A stretch of 63,836 nucleotides of DNA, counting the filler. It is 11 parts of 11 records of this genome, joined end to end, with 100 filler letters (N's around TTAATTAATTAA, not from the genome) between each part and the next. Parts side by side here need not be neighbours in the genome. Positions count along the whole stretch, not along the records: positions 1 to 9,584 come from SRR11831585_294; positions 9,685 to 13,410 come from SRR11831585_298; positions 13,511 to 22,478 come from SRR11831585_299; 8 more parts are not named here. One strand, 5' to 3'. The notes under the pieces were generated by a model, which worked only from the letters and a program-made list of their open reading frames with translations, did not search any database and was not told the DNA's origin. How positions within the stretch are numbered: position 1 is the first letter of the stretch; every line of letters begins with the position of its first letter. This document shows, piece by piece, positions 1-14,915 of this stretch. The position numbers and the translations under genes are program-made.

Positions 1-72
1 GATAAGACGCGCCAGCGTCGCATCAGGCATTGTGCACAGAACGGCGGATGCGGCAAAAACGCCTTATCCGCC
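1..72. repeat. REP/BIME palindromic element downstream of proX
   Basis: GATAAGACGCGCCAGCGTCGCATCAGGC and GCGGATGCGGC...CGCCTTATCCG match enterobacterial REP consensus halves. Confidence 0.8.
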
Positions 73-82
73 CGAATAAAAA

Positions 83-1075
83 TTACTTCTGCGCTGCCAG
101 CGCCTCATTCACCCAGCCATCGAACTGCTGCTGGTGGGCTTTGATCCAACCATCAACGTGTCCCTGAATATCGCCTTCTGAGGCTTTGCCGTCATGCATA
201 ATGGCGTTCTGGGCGTTAATATCTGCCACTGGCAACTGCATAATGGCAAACAGTTTCGCTGCTGCCGGGTTTTTCTCGGCCCAGGCTTTGTTGGCAACGA
301 TATGCATGGTGCTGACCGGGAAGCCATAATTCGCACCATTCGGCAGTTTGGTATCGGCGTTTTTATCGCCCGGCAGTGCGGAGAACGGCACCTGCAACCA
401 GACGACATCTTTGCCCGGCTTCAGTTCGTTACTCACCCAGTACGGCGTCCAGGTGTAATAAAACACCGGTTTGCCCTCTTTGTAGCGACTGATGGTGTCG
501 GCCATCATCGCTGCGTAGTTCCCCTGATTATGCGTCACGGTGTTGGTCAGTTCATACGCGGCAAGCTGGTGGTTGATCGCACCTTCGCAGCCCCAGCCAG
601 GGTTACAACCGGTTAAATCCGCTTTTCCGTCGCCGTTGGTATCGAACAGTTTGGCGATCTTCGGATCTTTCAGTTGTGCGATGTTGGTGATTTTGTACTG
701 GTCGGCGGTTTTCTTATCGATCAGGTAACCCTGTGCCGCGCCGTTAACAAATACCCCTTCACGATAAAATTTCTTATCGCCACCGGCAGCTTCGTACATG
801 TTGTCATGCAGTGGCGTCCAGTTCACGGCGGTGAAGGTTGCATCGCCGGAAGCAAGCGAGGTGTAGCCAACGTTGTAATCTACTTCGCTGGGTTTGTTGA
901 CGGTATAACCTAATTTCTCCAGCGCACGACTGACCAGCAGCGTCTGGAAGGTTTCTTCAGTGATGGTGCTCTGAACTGGATTAACAGTAATGCCTTTGCC
1001 CGGCAGATCGGCAGCAAAAGTTTGTGTAGAGATAAGCGTGGCAAACGCTGTCGCAAAAAGTACGCTATGTCGCAT
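83..1075 (-). CDS. proX: glycine betaine/proline ABC transporter periplasmic binding protein
   Basis: 330 aa from [11 protein letters not shown] (signal peptide); recognised E. coli ProX in proVWX order. Confidence 0.97.
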
Positions 1076-1132
1076 TGTTATTCCTTTTTTTGGCAGGGTG
1101 ATAATGCCCGGCGTCACCGGGCAAGTGCAGAG

Positions 1133-2197
1133 TTACTTAATGAATGGGCGGGTCAGCAGACCAACAGGGCCAGTGGTGTACCAGCGACGGTTGCCGCGAC
1201 TGCGTGAGTCGCGCCCAACGGCCTGCGTCAGACGATCGAGGATAATGGCGAGGATCACAATCCCGACGCCGCCAACGGTGGCAAGCCCCATATCCAGACG
1301 ACCGATACCGCGAAGTACCATCTGACCCAACCCGCCGACGGCAATCATCGAGGCGATGACCACCATAGAAAGGGCCAGCATCAGCGTCTGGTTAACGCCC
1401 GCCATAATGGTCGGCATCGCCAGCGGTAACTGAACTTTGAACAGCATCTGGCGCGGGCTGGCACCGAATGAGCGCGAGGCTTCAATCAGATCCGCCGGAA
1501 CCTGGTTAATCCCCAGAATGGTCAGACGGATAATCGGCGGCAGAGCAAAGATGATCGTCACCACCACGCCCGGCACGTTACCGATACCAAATAGCATGAC
1601 GATTGGCACCAGATAAACAAACGCTGGCGTGGTCTGCATGGCATCAAGCAGTGGACGAATAATTTTCGCCGCTCGCGGACTTCTCGCCAGCCATATCCCC
1701 AACGGCAAACCGATGACGATACAGAACAGCAGGGCGGTTAACACCAGCGCCAGAGTCACCATTGCCTGCGACCAGGCACCGATTGCGCCGATGGCAATCA
1801 GCGAAACCAGCGTCGCCACACCCATTCCGACCCCGGAAATCTGCCAGGCGATGAGAGCGAAAACGATAATCGCCACCGGTGCGGGCATACCCAGCAGCAA
1901 TTGCTGGAAACCGTTGAGGATATAATCAACCGGAACGCGCACGCCCTGGAAGACGGGACGGAAATGGGTAACGACCCAGTCGATCCCTTCAGTGACCCAA
2001 CTGTCGAGCGGGATCAGCGTTTTATGGAACGGATCGAGAATATTAAAATGCTCGACGTTTGGCGCAGGCGTACTGGTCAGCCAGTCAGCACCACCGCCGT
2101 CAGTCGGTGCAGTCGTCGGTGTACCCCAGGCGTCTGCGGATTGCGCGGCACTGTCCGCCGCTGGCGTGGTATCCCACGGATTATTTTGATCAGCCAT
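1133..2197 (-). CDS. proW: glycine betaine/proline ABC transporter permease
   Basis: 354 aa, multiple TM segments, EAA loop (EASRSFGAS). Confidence 0.97.
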   Translation of the reverse strand: MADQNNPWDTTPAADSAAQSADAWGTPTTAPTDGGGADWLTSTPAPNVEHFNILDPFHKTLIPLDSWVTEGIDWVVTHFRPVFQGVRVPVDYILNGFQQLLLGMPAPVAIIVFALIAWQISGVGMGVATLVSLIAIGAIGAWSQAMVTLALVLTALLFCIVIGLPLGIWLARSPRAAKIIRPLLDAMQTTPAFVYLVPIVMLFGIGNVPGVVVTIIFALPPIIRLTILGINQVPADLIEASRSFGASPRQMLFKVQLPLAMPTIMAGVNQTLMLALSMVVIASMIAVGGLGQMVLRGIGRLDMGLATVGGVGIVILAIILDRLTQAVGRDSRSRGNRRWYTTGPVGLLTRPFIK

Positions 2198-3392
2198 TAT
2201 TTACCCCCTCACGATCTAAAGCGCGCAGCAGCATTCCTTTCGAAATGATGCCGACATACTGTTGGTCCTCGTCGACCACGGGCACCGCACAGGGTGCCTG
2301 TCCGACATGAGAGAGCAACTCGCTAAGAGGCGTTTGTGCATCGACTGCTAACGGCGCATCAATCAGCGCCGCATCAAGACCTTGCTGCTGCGTTAACGCG
2401 GTTTTAAGCGAATCGATGGAGACTGCGCCGACAAACTTATTACCGCGTTCGATAACGTAGCCATATTCGCGATCTTCATCCTGCAATAATTTCAGTGCCG
2501 AACGTGGGCCGAAGCCAGGGGTTTTACGAATTAAGCCATTCGGTGTCCGGCGGGCAATATCTTTCGCACTGAATACCTGACTAATATCAACGCCACGGAA
2601 GAAGGTACGGACATAATCATTCGCCGGATTATTGAGAATTTCATCCGGTGTGCCGACCTGTACCACTTCACCATTTTGCATAATGGCAATTCGGTCGCCA
2701 ATACGCATGGCTTCATCAAGATCGTGGGAAATAAAGACAATGGTGCGCTGATGTTTCGCCTGTAATTTTACCAGCTCATCCTGCATCTCGGTGCGAATTA
2801 ATGGATCGAGCGCCGAGAAGGCTTCGTCCATTAATAATATATCCGGATTAATCGCTAACGCGCGGGCTAATCCCACACGTTGACGCATCCCGCCAGAGAG
2901 TTCATCCGGGTAGCTGTGGGCATAATTTTCCAGCCCGACCTGACGCAGTGCATCAAGGGCTTTTTCCCGGCGTTCTTCGGCATTAATTCCGGCCAATTCC
3001 ATACCGAACGCAGTATTGTCCAGCACGGTCATATGCGGCATTAAGGCAAAGGACTGGAAGACCATCGCAATCTTTTTTCTGCGCACCTCACGGAGTTCGG
3101 CGTCGGATATTTTGGCAATATCCACACCATCAATCAGCACTTGCCCGCGGGTGGGTTCAATCAGGCGATTGAGAAGGCGTACCATTGTGGATTTACCCGA
3201 GCCGGATAATCCCATGATGACAAATATCTCGCCTTCTTCAATGGCCAGACTGGCGTCTTTTACGCCAAGCGATAGCCCAGTTTTTTCCAGAATTTGTTCT
3301 TTTGAAAGTCCTTGTTCGATATATTTGAACGCTCGCTGTGGATGCTCGCCAAATATTTTATAAAGATTTTTAATTTCTAATTTAATTGCCAT
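2190..3392 (-). CDS. proV: glycine betaine/proline ABC transporter ATPase
   Basis: Start [10 protein letters not shown] at 3392; Walker A GLSGSGKS, signature LSGGMRQ, C-terminal CBS region. Confidence 0.97.
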   Translation of the reverse strand: MAIKLEIKNLYKIFGEHPQRAFKYIEQGLSKEQILEKTGLSLGVKDASLAIEEGEIFVIMGLSGSGKSTMVRLLNRLIEPTRGQVLIDGVDIAKISDAELREVRRKKIAMVFQSFALMPHMTVLDNTAFGMELAGINAEERREKALDALRQVGLENYAHSYPDELSGGMRQRVGLARALAINPDILLMDEAFSALDPLIRTEMQDELVKLQAKHQRTIVFISHDLDEAMRIGDRIAIMQNGEVVQVGTPDEILNNPANDYVRTFFRGVDISQVFSAKDIARRTPNGLIRKTPGFGPRSALKLLQDEDREYGYVIERGNKFVGAVSIDSLKTALTQQQGLDAALIDAPLAVDAQTPLSELLSHVGQAPCAVPVVDEDQQYVGIISKGMLLRALDREGVNNG

Positions 3393-3459
3393 GCAATAGA
3401 AAGATTCCTTTATTTGTCTATGTCGATATATTACCCAATGGAAATAGTCACTTTTTTCT

Positions 3460-3487
3460 ACCCTAACATACTGAGAATCTGAGGCAA
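3460..3487 (-). promoter_or_regulatory. proU osmo-inducible sigma70 promoter
   Basis: Minus strand TTGCCT-16 bp-TAGGGT upstream of proV. Confidence 0.7.
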
Positions 3488-3745
3488 CCCCTGATGGCAA
3501 ATGTGGCATGAATATTGATGCGAGCAAATCGCCGGAATTTCCCGTGATATAAGGGCTGAGAGCAAATCGAGAAAGTTGATATTTTTTGTCAAAGATAGCG
3601 AAAAAACGCCTGAATATTGTGGTTTCAGGCGAATAATGCAACAGAGTATCAGTGTAGATCACCACAAATTATTTGCGTGATAAAAAGCTATTTGGCGGGA
3701 ATTATTTCCCTGCTGCGGGTAGTGATATTTTTGAAAATAACACCC

Positions 3746-4714
<969 letters not shown>

Positions 4715-6859
4715 TTAAAGTGCACAGGAGACGCAGCCTTCAATTTCAGTGCCTTCCAGCGCCATCTGACGCAGGCGGATGTAATAGAGCGTTTTGATAC
4801 CCTTGCGCCAGGCGTAAATCTGCGCTTTGTTGATATCGCGAGTGGTGGCGGTATCGGGGAAAAAAAGCGTCAGCGACAGCCCCTGATCGACATGGCGAGT
4901 CGCTTCCGCGTAGGTGTCGATGATCTTTTCTGCGCCAATTTCGTAAGCGTCCTGATACAGCGCCAGATTCTCGTTAGTCATAAACGGGGCAGGGTAGTAA
5001 ACGCGTCCTGTTTTGCCCTCTTTGCGTATCTCTACTTTCGCCACAATCGGATGAATACTCGACGTAGCATGGTTGATATAAGAGATAGAACCGGTTGGCG
5101 GCACCGCCTGAAGATTCTGGTTGTATATGCCGTAGCGCATCACGTCGTCGCGCAGCTGCGCCCACATCTCACGGGTAGGTAACGTAATACCGCTACGGGT
5201 AAACAGTTCGCCAACTTTCGCCGTTTTCGGCTGCCAGTTCCCTTGCAGATATTGGCTAAAATATTCACCACTGGCATAGCGTGACTGTTTGAACCCGGCG
5301 AAGGTTTCACCGCGTTCGCGTGCCAGCAACATCGAGGTACGCAGTGCATGCCAGGTGATGGCATAGAAATAGAGATTGGTGAAATCCAGTGCTTCCGGCG
5401 AACCATAAGCGATGCCTTCTCGCGCCAGATAGCCGTGTAAATTCATCTGCCCCAGTCCGATGGCGTGCGAGGCGGCATTTCCGGCTTCGATGGACGGCAC
5501 GCTGCGGATATGACTCATATCTGATACTGCCGTTAAACCGCGCACGGCAGTCTCTACCGTGCGGGCAAAATCGGGGGAATCCATGGTGTGCGCAATATTC
5601 AACGAACCTAAATTGCAGGAAATATCATGGCCTGTGCGGGTATAGTCGAGATTCTCGTCATACTCTGAGGCGCTGTTAACCTGCAAAATTTCTGAGCAGA
5701 GATTACTCATATTTATGCGCCCGGCGATAGGGTTAGCACGGTTTACCGTGTCTTCATACATGATGTAGGGATAGCCGGACTCAAACTGGATTTCTGCCAG
5801 TCGCTGGAAGAAATCACGGGCGTTGAGGTATTTTTTGCGAATGCGTTCATCGGCAACCAGTTCGTCATAGTGTTGGCTGATGGCCACATCGGCAAACGGC
5901 TTGCCATAAACTCGCTCTACGTCATAAGGCGAAAACAGCGCCATCTGCGCATTCTCTTTTGCCAGATGGAAAGTGATATCCGGGATCACCACGCCAAGCG
6001 ACAGTGTTTTAATGCGGATTTTTTCGTCGGCATTTTCCCGTTTCGTGTCGAGAAAACGCAGAATATCGGGATGATGAGCATGTAAATAGACTGCACCAGC
6101 CCCCTGACGAGCGCCGAGTTGGTTGGCATAGGAAAATGCGTCTTCCAGCATTTTCATCACCGGAATTACGCCAGAAGATTGATTTTCAATACGTTTAATT
6201 GGCGCGCCCGCTTCTCGCAGATTCGACAGCAAAAATGCTACGCCGCCGCCGCGTTTCGACAGCTGCAGTGCGGAATTTACCGCCCGACCAATCGACTCCA
6301 TATTGTCTTCAATACGCAGCAAAAAACAGGAAACCAGTTCGCCGCGCTGCTGCTTACCGCAGTTGAGGAATGTTGGCGTGGCTGGCTGAAAGCGTCCTGA
6401 CAGCATTTCATCGGTCAGTTGCAACGCCAGCGTCTCATCGCCTTGTGCCAGCGTCAGCGCCACCATCGTTACTCGATCGGCAAAATCTTCCAGATAACGT
6501 TTACCGTCGAATGTCTTCAACGTATAGCTGGTGTAAAACTTCCATGCCCCGAGGAATGTCTGGAAACGAAAACCGCTGGTGTGTGCGTGGGTAAACAGCG
6601 TAATGACAAAGTCGCGAGAGTAGCGATTAAGAACGCTTTCATCATAGTAACCTTCGTTGACCAGCCAGTTCAGGCGCTGCTGCTGGCTACTGAAGGTCAC
6701 ACTGTTCGGACGCACATGCGTCGCAATAAAGGCGTCAACGGCCTGGCGGTCTTTATCGAACTGAATGCGACCTGCGCTATCGTAGAGGTTAAGCATCGCA
6801 TTCAGCGCGTGGTAATCCATCGTTTCCTGCGTCAGGCATTCTGCGGTTGTCGTTGCCAA
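4715..6859 (-). CDS. nrdE: class Ib ribonucleotide reductase alpha subunit
   Basis: 714 aa, SNLCSE catalytic motif, C-terminal CVSC. Confidence 0.97.
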
Positions 6860-7242
6860 AATTCGGTTACTCCTTTACGAACGTTTTCGATATCGCTTTG
6901 CGTACCCATGAGTTCAAAACGGTACAGCCACGGCACGCCGCATTTCCGGGCAATCACATCTCCGGCGCGGCCATACGCCTCACCAAAGTTGCGATTACCA
7001 GAAGCAATAACGCCGCGAAGCAACGCCCGGTTGTGCTCGTCGTTTAAAAAGCGAATTACCTGTCGTGGCACCGCGCCAGCCGTACCGCCGCCGCCGTAAG
7101 AGGGCACGATCAGGATGTAAGGCTCGTCTACCTGAATCCGTTCCCGCTCATTGAGCGGGATGCGCACCGCGGGCAGACCTAAACGTTCGATAAAACGCTG
7201 CGTGTTTTCGGAGCTGCTGGAGAAGTAGACGAGCTGGCTCAT
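6832..7242 (-). CDS. nrdI: flavodoxin-like NrdI
   Basis: 136 aa, YFSSSSENT and SGNRNFG motifs. Confidence 0.96.
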
Positions 7243-7484
7243 GCACTGGCCGCGTGTGGCGCTGGATGCAGACGGTTAATCATGTCCGGACGGAAACCAG
7301 ACCAGCTAAGATCGCCAGCAATCACTACCGGCAACTGACGAAAGCCCTGAGCACGCAACGCTTCTGCCGCTTCAGGAACGCGATCGACATTAATCATTTC
7401 AAAATCAAAGCCCCGGTTTTCCATCGCCCGTTTGGTGGCGTGGCACTGAACGCAATCGTTACGAGTGTAAATAGTAATGCGCAT
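7239..7484 (-). CDS. nrdH: glutaredoxin-like NrdH
   Basis: 81 aa, CVQC and WSGFRP motifs. Confidence 0.97.
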
Positions 7485-7557
7485 GATTCGTATTTCCGTT
7501 TAAAATGAAGATACGGCGCGATGATACGCGTCGGGTTGTCTCTCTGTTGATACAGAG

Positions 7558-7604
7558 ATACTAGATGTAGTTGAAAAAAGATTCAACCACACAATATATA
7601 GCAA
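7558..7604. promoter_or_regulatory. tandem NrdR boxes upstream of nrdH
   Basis: ATACTAGATGTAGTTG and ACACAATATATAGCAA, 31 bp apart, resembling the NrdR-box consensus and spacing. Confidence 0.7.
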
Positions 7605-7670
7605 ATAGTGGTCGAAATTACCCTGGATATGAGCGTGACGGGGTAGGGGGATTTTTGTGATTCACCAGGC

Positions 7671-7702
7671 AAAAAGAAACCCCGAAGACAGGCTTCGGGG
7701 TC
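7671..7702 (-). terminator. intrinsic terminator after ygaM
   Basis: ACCCCGAAG-acagg-CTTCGGGGT hairpin followed by a U tract on the minus strand. Confidence 0.75.
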
Positions 7703-7731
7703 AAAGACGCGTATTTATTATCATTTTTGCA

Positions 7732-8073
7732 CTACGATTTGCGCATGCTTAACAGTGCGCCGATAAAAATACCTACCGCAGCTGCTGTACCCACGCTACA
7801 CCAGGGTCTTTCACGAACAAAAGAATCCGCGCAGCCAACGGCATCGCGCGCGGCTTGCTGGACGCGAGTACGACCATGCATTCGCGCCCTGGTTTCTTTC
7901 AGCAATGCCTGAGCTTTACTGCGTGCGGCTTCAGCTTCCCCTTTGGCGTCGCTGCCCCAGGACTTCAATACAGATTCGAGGCTGTCAGCTAATTGATTGA
8001 CATCATTCTGGATATCCTGCACGCCATCATCAACGTCGTTGCGGTTCGGTCGGTTAAACATATGATCCCCCAT
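7732..8073 (-). CDS. ygaM: DUF883 (ElaB/YqjD family) ribosome-binding membrane protein
   Basis: C-terminal RERPWCSVG plus TM anchor; start may be 8061 instead. Confidence 0.9.
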   Translation of the reverse strand: MGDHMFNRPNRNDVDDGVQDIQNDVNQLADSLESVLKSWGSDAKGEAEAARSKAQALLKETRARMHGRTRVQQAARDAVGCADSFVRERPWCSVGTAAAVGIFIGALLSMRKS

Positions 8074-8212
8074 TAGAATTCGATGTAATTTTCAGTGTAG
8101 ACCATAATTTTCTTAACTGAGGTTCATCGCGGCTTTATGGACTTTTCTGAAAGCGTTGTGAATGCGCAATCAGGTAAGGTAGGCCCGCGGTTGATAATAA
8201 CGAGGATCAAAT

Positions 8213-8557
8213 ATGTATTTACGACCAGACGAGGTGGCGCGCGTACTTGAAAAAGTCGGTTTTACTGTCGATGTGGTAACCCAGAAAGCGTATGGTTACC
8301 GCCGTGGGGAAAATTATGTCTATGTTAATCGCGAAGCGCGAATGGGACGTACCGCTCTGGTAATTCATCCAACATTAAAAGAACGCAGTTCGACACTGGC
8401 TGAACCCGCTTCCGATATTAAAACTTGCGATCATTACCAGCAATTTCCGCTCTATTTAGCAGGCGAGCGACACGAGCATTACGGTATCCCGCATGGCTTT
8501 AGTTCGCGTGTTGCGCTTGAACGTTATTTGAATGGTTTATTTGGCGAAGCCAGTTAA
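8213..8557 (+). CDS. ygaC: conserved protein YgaC
   Basis: 114 aa [13 protein letters not shown]; synteny. Confidence 0.9.
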
Positions 8558-8560
8558 AGA

Positions 8561-8590
8561 CGCGACTGGCGATGCCAGTCGCGAAAAGAA
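8561..8590. terminator. hairpin terminator between convergent ygaC and alaE
   Basis: CGCGACTGGC-gat-GCCAGTCGCG followed by AAAAGAA. Confidence 0.7.
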
Positions 8591-8593
8591 GAG

Positions 8594-9043
8594 TCAGGCT
8601 TTTACCTGCTGGTAACGGCTGACTTTAAACAGTCGGCGGCAATAATCGAGGAAGTAGCCATAAACCGCCCCCATCAACATCGAAACAACGATGTTTGAAC
8701 TGACCGCCGCCATAATCTGATGCCAGTCTGCGCCCACCACTAACAAGATCGCCACATACACCGGTGACTGGAACGTCACATAAGCCAGGATATCCGCCAG
8801 ATTTTTTATCCAGCCCGACGGGCTAACTTTGCGTGCCGCGCGCATAAACAGATCACGGTACATACCGTATGGCCATGCAATTAAGATGTTCACCGGAATC
8901 GCTACCAATCTGGAATAAAAAGACTGTTCGAAGCTCATTCCGGAGAGGAAAACTTCAATACACATGTTCACGACAGAACAGTAAACAACCATCGCGAACG
9001 TATCTGCAACTGCATGACGCAAGCGTGACTGCGGTGAGAACAT
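8594..9043 (-). CDS. alaE: L-alanine exporter
   Basis: 149 aa with 4 hydrophobic segments, [14 protein letters not shown]. Confidence 0.93.
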   Translation of the reverse strand: MFSPQSRLRHAVADTFAMVVYCSVVNMCIEVFLSGMSFEQSFYSRLVAIPVNILIAWPYGMYRDLFMRAARKVSPSGWIKNLADILAYVTFQSPVYVAILLVVGADWHQIMAAVSSNIVVSMLMGAVYGYFLDYCRRLFKVSRYQQVKA

Positions 9044-9584
9044 GCTAATGCTCCTTAATAAAAGCGTAATGGGATGTTAATGGAGATGAAAGCAGTGGAT
9101 CTCATTGCCATCTGCATTTTCGCATAGCGTATATCGCTGGCTATGACTAATCAATTAGTGAAAAATTTTTATTTAGTCAGTTTTTGTAGATAAAATATTC
9201 CGTAACGGCTCGTTTTTTGTACATTGTGGATTTTTACATGCCGATATGATTTATTTTTAATTAAATCAATTAGATATGGCCTTACCTTTAATATCACTAA
9301 TGAAAGTTTGGGGGTGAGGTAACGCTATAAGCGTAGAGAATTCGGTGTATGTAGTAGCTGGGTCATTTTCAGCATTTTTTATGCCAGACAATGTACATTA
9401 ACAGCAGAAAGCACCAGTGATGGATGTTTTCTTTTATTCTGTTATATTGCATTTTTATTCACTTTGATTTTGTCAGGCTTGCGGAATTAGCGAGCAGAGA
9501 GCGCCGCTCTGTTCACCAATAATCTAAATTACTCATCAAAATGGCTAATATATAATCTTGAAATTATTCTGAGAGTTTCAGAAA

Positions 9585-9684
9585 NNNNNNNNNNNNNNNN
9601 NNNNNNNNNNNNNNNNNNNNNNNNNNNNTTAATTAATTAANNNNNNNNNNNNNNNNNNNNNNNNNNNNNNNNNNNNNNNNNNNN
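9585..9684. other. artificial contig linker, 44N-TTAATTAATTAA-44N (first of 10)
   Basis: Identical linkers at 13411-13510, 22479-22578, 32354-32453, 34513-34612, 37835-37934, 47631-47730, 53403-53502, 55659-55758 and 61547-61646; the core has stops in all six frames. Confidence 0.98.
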
Positions 9685-9718
9685 GGGGGCGAGGGGACTG
9701 TCCGTGCGCGCTTTCGAA

Positions 9719-10435
<717 letters not shown>

Positions 10436-10543
10436 TCAAGAAAGGCACCTGGGGCTGAAACGGTTAATGGCGAGATAATTTGCGGAAAGTGCAGATGATG
10501 AAAAGAAAAATGCCGGATGACACGAAGGTCATCCGGCATTACA

Positions 10544-12418
10544 TCAGGAAACCAGCAGCTGGTTCATACGACGAATAAACAGGTTCGGATCTTCCAGCGT
10601 GCCGCGTTCTGCCAGCAGCGCCTGATCCAGCAGCAGTTCTACCCACTCGCTGAACTTCGCTTCATCTTCAGTATCTGCCGCACGTTTCACCAGTACGTGA
10701 TCCGGGTTCAGTTCGAAGATGTATTTCACTTCTGGCACTTTCTGGCCCGCCGCAGCGAACAGTTTCGCCATCTGAGTGCTCATTTCGTCCGCGTCGGTCG
10801 AAACGATCGCTGGCGTATCGGTCAGACGGTGAGTCAGACGGACATCTTTCACGCGCTCGCCGAGCAGGGCTTTCACACGGTCGATGAACGGAGTCAGTGC
10901 TTTCTCCGCTTCTTTCGCGCTCTCATCAACTTCGTCAGCCAGTTTTTCAAGCGACTCGTCAACTTTAGACACCGACTGGAACGGTTTACCGTCGAACTCA
11001 GTCAGATAGTTCATCATCCACTCATCGATGCGGTCGGAAAGCAGCAGAACTTCGATGCCTTTCTTACGCAGCAGTTCCAGGTGCGGGCTGCTCTTCGCTG
11101 CCGCATAGCTGTCTGCGGTGATGTAGTAGATTTTCTCCTGCCCTTCTTTCATGCGGGAAACGTAGTCTTCCAGAGATACGGTCTGCGCAGAAGAATCGGT
11201 ATGGGTAGAAGCAAAACGCAGCAGTTTGGCGATCGCTTCCTGGTTAGCGAAATCTTCCGCCGGACCTTCTTTCAGTACCAGGCCAAACTGTTGCCAGAAG
11301 GTCTGGTATTTTTCCGCGTCGTCTTTCGCCAGTTTTTCCAGCATTTGCAGCACACGCTTGGTCAGCGCATTGCGCAGGTTACGCGTTACCGTGCTGTCCT
11401 GGAGGATTTCACGGGAAACGTTCAGCGGCAGATCGCTGGAGTCAATCAGACCACGCACGAAGCGCAGATAGTTCGGCATGAACTGTTCTGCGTCGTCCAT
11501 GATGAACACACGCTGAACATACAGTTTCAGGCCGTGTTTATGATCGCGGTTCCACATATCCCACGGAGCCTGGGACGGGATGTACAGCAGGCTGGTGTAC
11601 TCCTGCTTACCTTCAACACGGTTGTGGCTCCAGGTCAGCGGATCATTAAAGTCGTGGGCGATGTGTTTGTAGAACTCTTTGTACTCTTCATCGGTGATTT
11701 CCGACTTGTTACGAGTCCACAGCGCCTGCGCTTTGTTGATTTTCTCCCAGGAGATAACGGTTTCGCCGTCTTTCTCTTCGCGTTTTTCGATCTCTACCGG
11801 CAGCGCGATATGGTCGGAGTATTTGCTGATGATGGAACGCACGCGCCAGTCATCGAGGAACTCGTCTTCGCCTTCACGCAGATGCAGGGTGATTTCAGTA
11901 CCACGATCTTCTTTGGTGATGTCGGCAACGGTGTATTCACCTTCGCCAGCCGATTCCCAGAAGACGCCATTTTCTGGTTTTTCGCCTGCCGCGCGAGTAC
12001 GCACGGTCACTTTGTCGGCCACGATAAACGCAGAGTAGAAACCAACACCAAACTGACCGATCAGCTGGCTGTCTTTCGCCTGGTCAGAACCCAGGGATTC
12101 GAGGAATGATTTGGTACCGGATTTAGCGATAGTCCCCAGATGGTCAATCACTTCGTCGCGGGTCATCCCCACGCCGTTATCGGAGATGGTCAGCGTACGC
12201 TTGTCTTTATCGAAAGAGACACGAACGCGTAGTTCGCCATCACCTTCGTACAGGTCCGGGTTAGAGAGCGCACGGAAACGCAGCTTGTCCGCCGCATCGG
12301 AGGCGTTAGAGATAAGCTCACGCAGGAAGATTTCTTTATTGGAATAGAGAGAATGGATCATCAGGTGCAGAAGCTGTTTCACTTCTGACTGAAAACCACG
12401 AGTTTCTTGTCCTTTCAT
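10544..12418 (-). CDS. htpG: Hsp90 chaperone HtpG
   Basis: 624 aa, ELISNASDA and [13 protein letters not shown] motifs. Confidence 0.98.
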   Translation of the reverse strand: MKGQETRGFQSEVKQLLHLMIHSLYSNKEIFLRELISNASDAADKLRFRALSNPDLYEGDGELRVRVSFDKDKRTLTISDNGVGMTRDEVIDHLGTIAKSGTKSFLESLGSDQAKDSQLIGQFGVGFYSAFIVADKVTVRTRAAGEKPENGVFWESAGEGEYTVADITKEDRGTEITLHLREGEDEFLDDWRVRSIISKYSDHIALPVEIEKREEKDGETVISWEKINKAQALWTRNKSEITDEEYKEFYKHIAHDFNDPLTWSHNRVEGKQEYTSLLYIPSQAPWDMWNRDHKHGLKLYVQRVFIMDDAEQFMPNYLRFVRGLIDSSDLPLNVSREILQDSTVTRNLRNALTKRVLQMLEKLAKDDAEKYQTFWQQFGLVLKEGPAEDFANQEAIAKLLRFASTHTDSSAQTVSLEDYVSRMKEGQEKIYYITADSYAAAKSSPHLELLRKKGIEVLLLSDRIDEWMMNYLTEFDGKPFQSVSKVDESLEKLADEVDESAKEAEKALTPFIDRVKALLGERVKDVRLTHRLTDTPAIVSTDADEMSTQMAKLFAAAGQKVPEVKYIFELNPDHVLVKRAADTEDEAKFSEWVELLLDQALLAERGTLEDPNLFIRRMNQLLVS

Positions 12419-12469
12419 GTAGGTCTACCTCAATAATGCCATTTTAAGGTTAAAAACAGGATGTGGGAG

Positions 12470-12498
12470 AGATGGGGACAAGGGAGAATAATTTCAAG
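12470..12498 (-). promoter_or_regulatory. sigma32 heat-shock promoter of htpG
   Basis: Minus strand CTTGAAA...CCCCATCT. Confidence 0.8.
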
Positions 12499-12527
12499 CG
12501 AGAGCAGGTGATCCTGCTCTCGTTTGC

Positions 12528-13132
12528 TTAAAAACGAATCTTATGACGCCCGGCAAGGGAGTGTGACAACGTGGTGCCGTCGACCATTTCCAGCTCGCCG
12601 CCAACCGGAACGCCATGAGCGATTCGGCTGGCTTCCACGTCATATTGCGCGCAAAGCTCGGCAATGTAGTTAGCGGTAGCTTCACCTTCAACCGTGGGGT
12701 TGGTGGCGAGGATCACTTCAGTGATTTTTTCCTCTGCCAGACGCTGTTCCAGACGATCAAGCCCGATATCATCCGGACCGATGCCGTCCAGCGGTGACAG
12801 ATGCCCCATCAACACAAAATAACGACCTGAAAACTGCCCCGTCTGCTCAATGGCGTAGATGTCCGCCGGACTCTCCACCACGCAGATTTGACCGTTTTCC
12901 TGACGACGCGGATTCGAACAGATGTTACAGACTTCCTGTTCGGTGAAAGTGCGGCAATCGGCGCAGTGGCCGATTTCCGACATCGCCCGGGTGAGCGCCT
13001 GCGCCAGACGCATCCCGCCGCTACGATCGCGCTGAAGCAGCGTGAACGCCATACGCTGCGCCGACTTCGGGCCAACGCCCGGCAGACAGCGCAGTGCTTC
13101 CATAAGCTGTGTTAACAGCGGGCTGGTTTGCA

Positions 13133-13133
<1 letters not shown>
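12528..13133 (-). CDS. recR: recombination mediator RecR
   Basis: 201 aa, Hh[11 protein letters not shown]4 zinc finger, TOPRIM. Confidence 0.97.
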
Positions 13134-13410
<277 letters not shown>

Positions 13411-13510
13411 NNNNNNNNNNNNNNNNNNNNNNNNNNNNNNNNNNNNNNNNNNNNTTAATTAATTAANNNNNNNNNNNNNNNNNNNNNNNNNNNNNNNNNN
13501 NNNNNNNNNN

Positions 13511-14551
13511 TTGTCGTTAGGTATCTGTGTAGCACTGGTAGCGTTTTCAAGTCTTGATACACGTCTTCCTATGAGCAAATCGCGTATTTTGCTCAATCCA
13601 CGCGATATTGACATTAATATGGTAAATAAAAGTTGTAACAGCTGGAGTTCCCCGTATCAGCTCTCTTACGCGATAGGCGTGGGTGATTTGGTGGCGACAT
13701 CACTTAACACCTTCTCCACCTTTATGGTGCATGACAAAATCAACTACAACATTGATGAACCGAGCAGTTCCGGTAAAACATTATCTATTGCGTTTGTTAA
13801 TCAGCGCCAATACCGTGCTCAACAATGCTTTATGTCGATAAAATTGGTAGACAATGCAGATGGTTCAACCATGCTGGATAAACGTTATGTCATCACTAAC
13901 GGTAATCAGCTGGCGATTCAAAATGATTTACTGGAGAGTTTATCAAAAGCGTTAAACCAACCGTGGCCACAACGAATGCAGGAGACGCTCCAGAAAATTT
14001 TGCCGCATCGTGGTGCGTTATTAACTAATTTTTATCAGGCACATGATTATTTACTGCATGGCGATGATAAATCATTGAACCGTGCCAGTGAATTATTAGG
14101 TGAGATTGTTCAATCATCCCCAGAATTTACCTACGCGAGAGCAGAAAAAGCATTAGTTGATATCGTGCGCCATTCTCAACATCCTTTAGATGAAAAACAA
14201 TTAGCAGCACTGAACACAGAAATAGATAACATTGTTACACTGCCGGAATTGAACAACCTGTCCATTATATATCAAATAAAAGCGGTCAGTGCTCTGGTAA
14301 AAGGTAAAACAGATGAGTCTTACCAGGCGATAAATACTGGCATTGATCTTGAAATGTCCTGGCTAAATTATGTGTTGCTTGGCAAGGTTTATGAAATGAA
14401 GGGGATGAACCGGGAAGCAGCTGATGCATATCTCACCGCCTTTAATTTACGCCCAGGGGCAAACACCCTTTACTGGATTGAAAATGGTATATTCCAGACT
14501 TCTGTTCCTTATGTTGTACCTTATCTCGACAAATTTCTTGCTTCAGAATAA
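13511..14551 (+). CDS. cadC: acid-sensing transcriptional activator CadC (5' end cut by contig edge; TM end and periplasmic domain)
   Basis: LSLGICVALVAF...PYLDKFLASE, upstream of cadBA. Confidence 0.93.
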   Translation: MSLGICVALVAFSSLDTRLPMSKSRILLNPRDIDINMVNKSCNSWSSPYQLSYAIGVGDLVATSLNTFSTFMVHDKINYNIDEPSSSGKTLSIAFVNQRQYRAQQCFMSIKLVDNADGSTMLDKRYVITNGNQLAIQNDLLESLSKALNQPWPQRMQETLQKILPHRGALLTNFYQAHDYLLHGDDKSLNRASELLGEIVQSSPEFTYARAEKALVDIVRHSQHPLDEKQLAALNTEIDNIVTLPELNNLSIIYQIKAVSALVKGKTDESYQAINTGIDLEMSWLNYVLLGKVYEMKGMNREAADAYLTAFNLRPGANTLYWIENGIFQTSVPYVVPYLDKFLASE

Positions 14552-14915
14552 GTAACTCCGGGTTGATTTATGCTCGGAAATATTTGTTGTTGAGTTTTTG
14601 TATGTTCCTGTTGGTATAATATGTTGCGGCAATTTATTTGCCGCATAATTTTTATTACATAAATTTAACCAGAGAATGTCACGCAATCCATTGTAAACAT
14701 TAAATGTTTATCTTTTCATGATATCAACTTGCGATCCTGATGTGTTAATAAAAAACCTCAAGTTCTCACTTACAGAAACTTTTGTGTTATTTCACCTAAT
14801 CTTTAGGATTAATCCTTTTTTCGTGAGTAATCTTATCGCCAGTTTGGTCTGGTCAGGAAATAGTTATACATCATGACCCGGACTCCAAATTCAAAAATGA
14901 AATTAGGAGAAGAGC

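Noticed and set aside
2190..3665. N-terminal extensions in the ORF track (proV 491 aa, adk 234 aa, sseA 334 aa, cadA 728 aa and others)
   Set aside because: Longest-ORF artefacts; the known starts lie downstream.
10517..12109. Long antisense ORFs opposite htpG (530 aa), dnaK (29244-30416), cadA (17347-18411) and adk
   Set aside because: These are typical shadow ORFs produced by codon bias in highly expressed genes, with no recognisable motifs.
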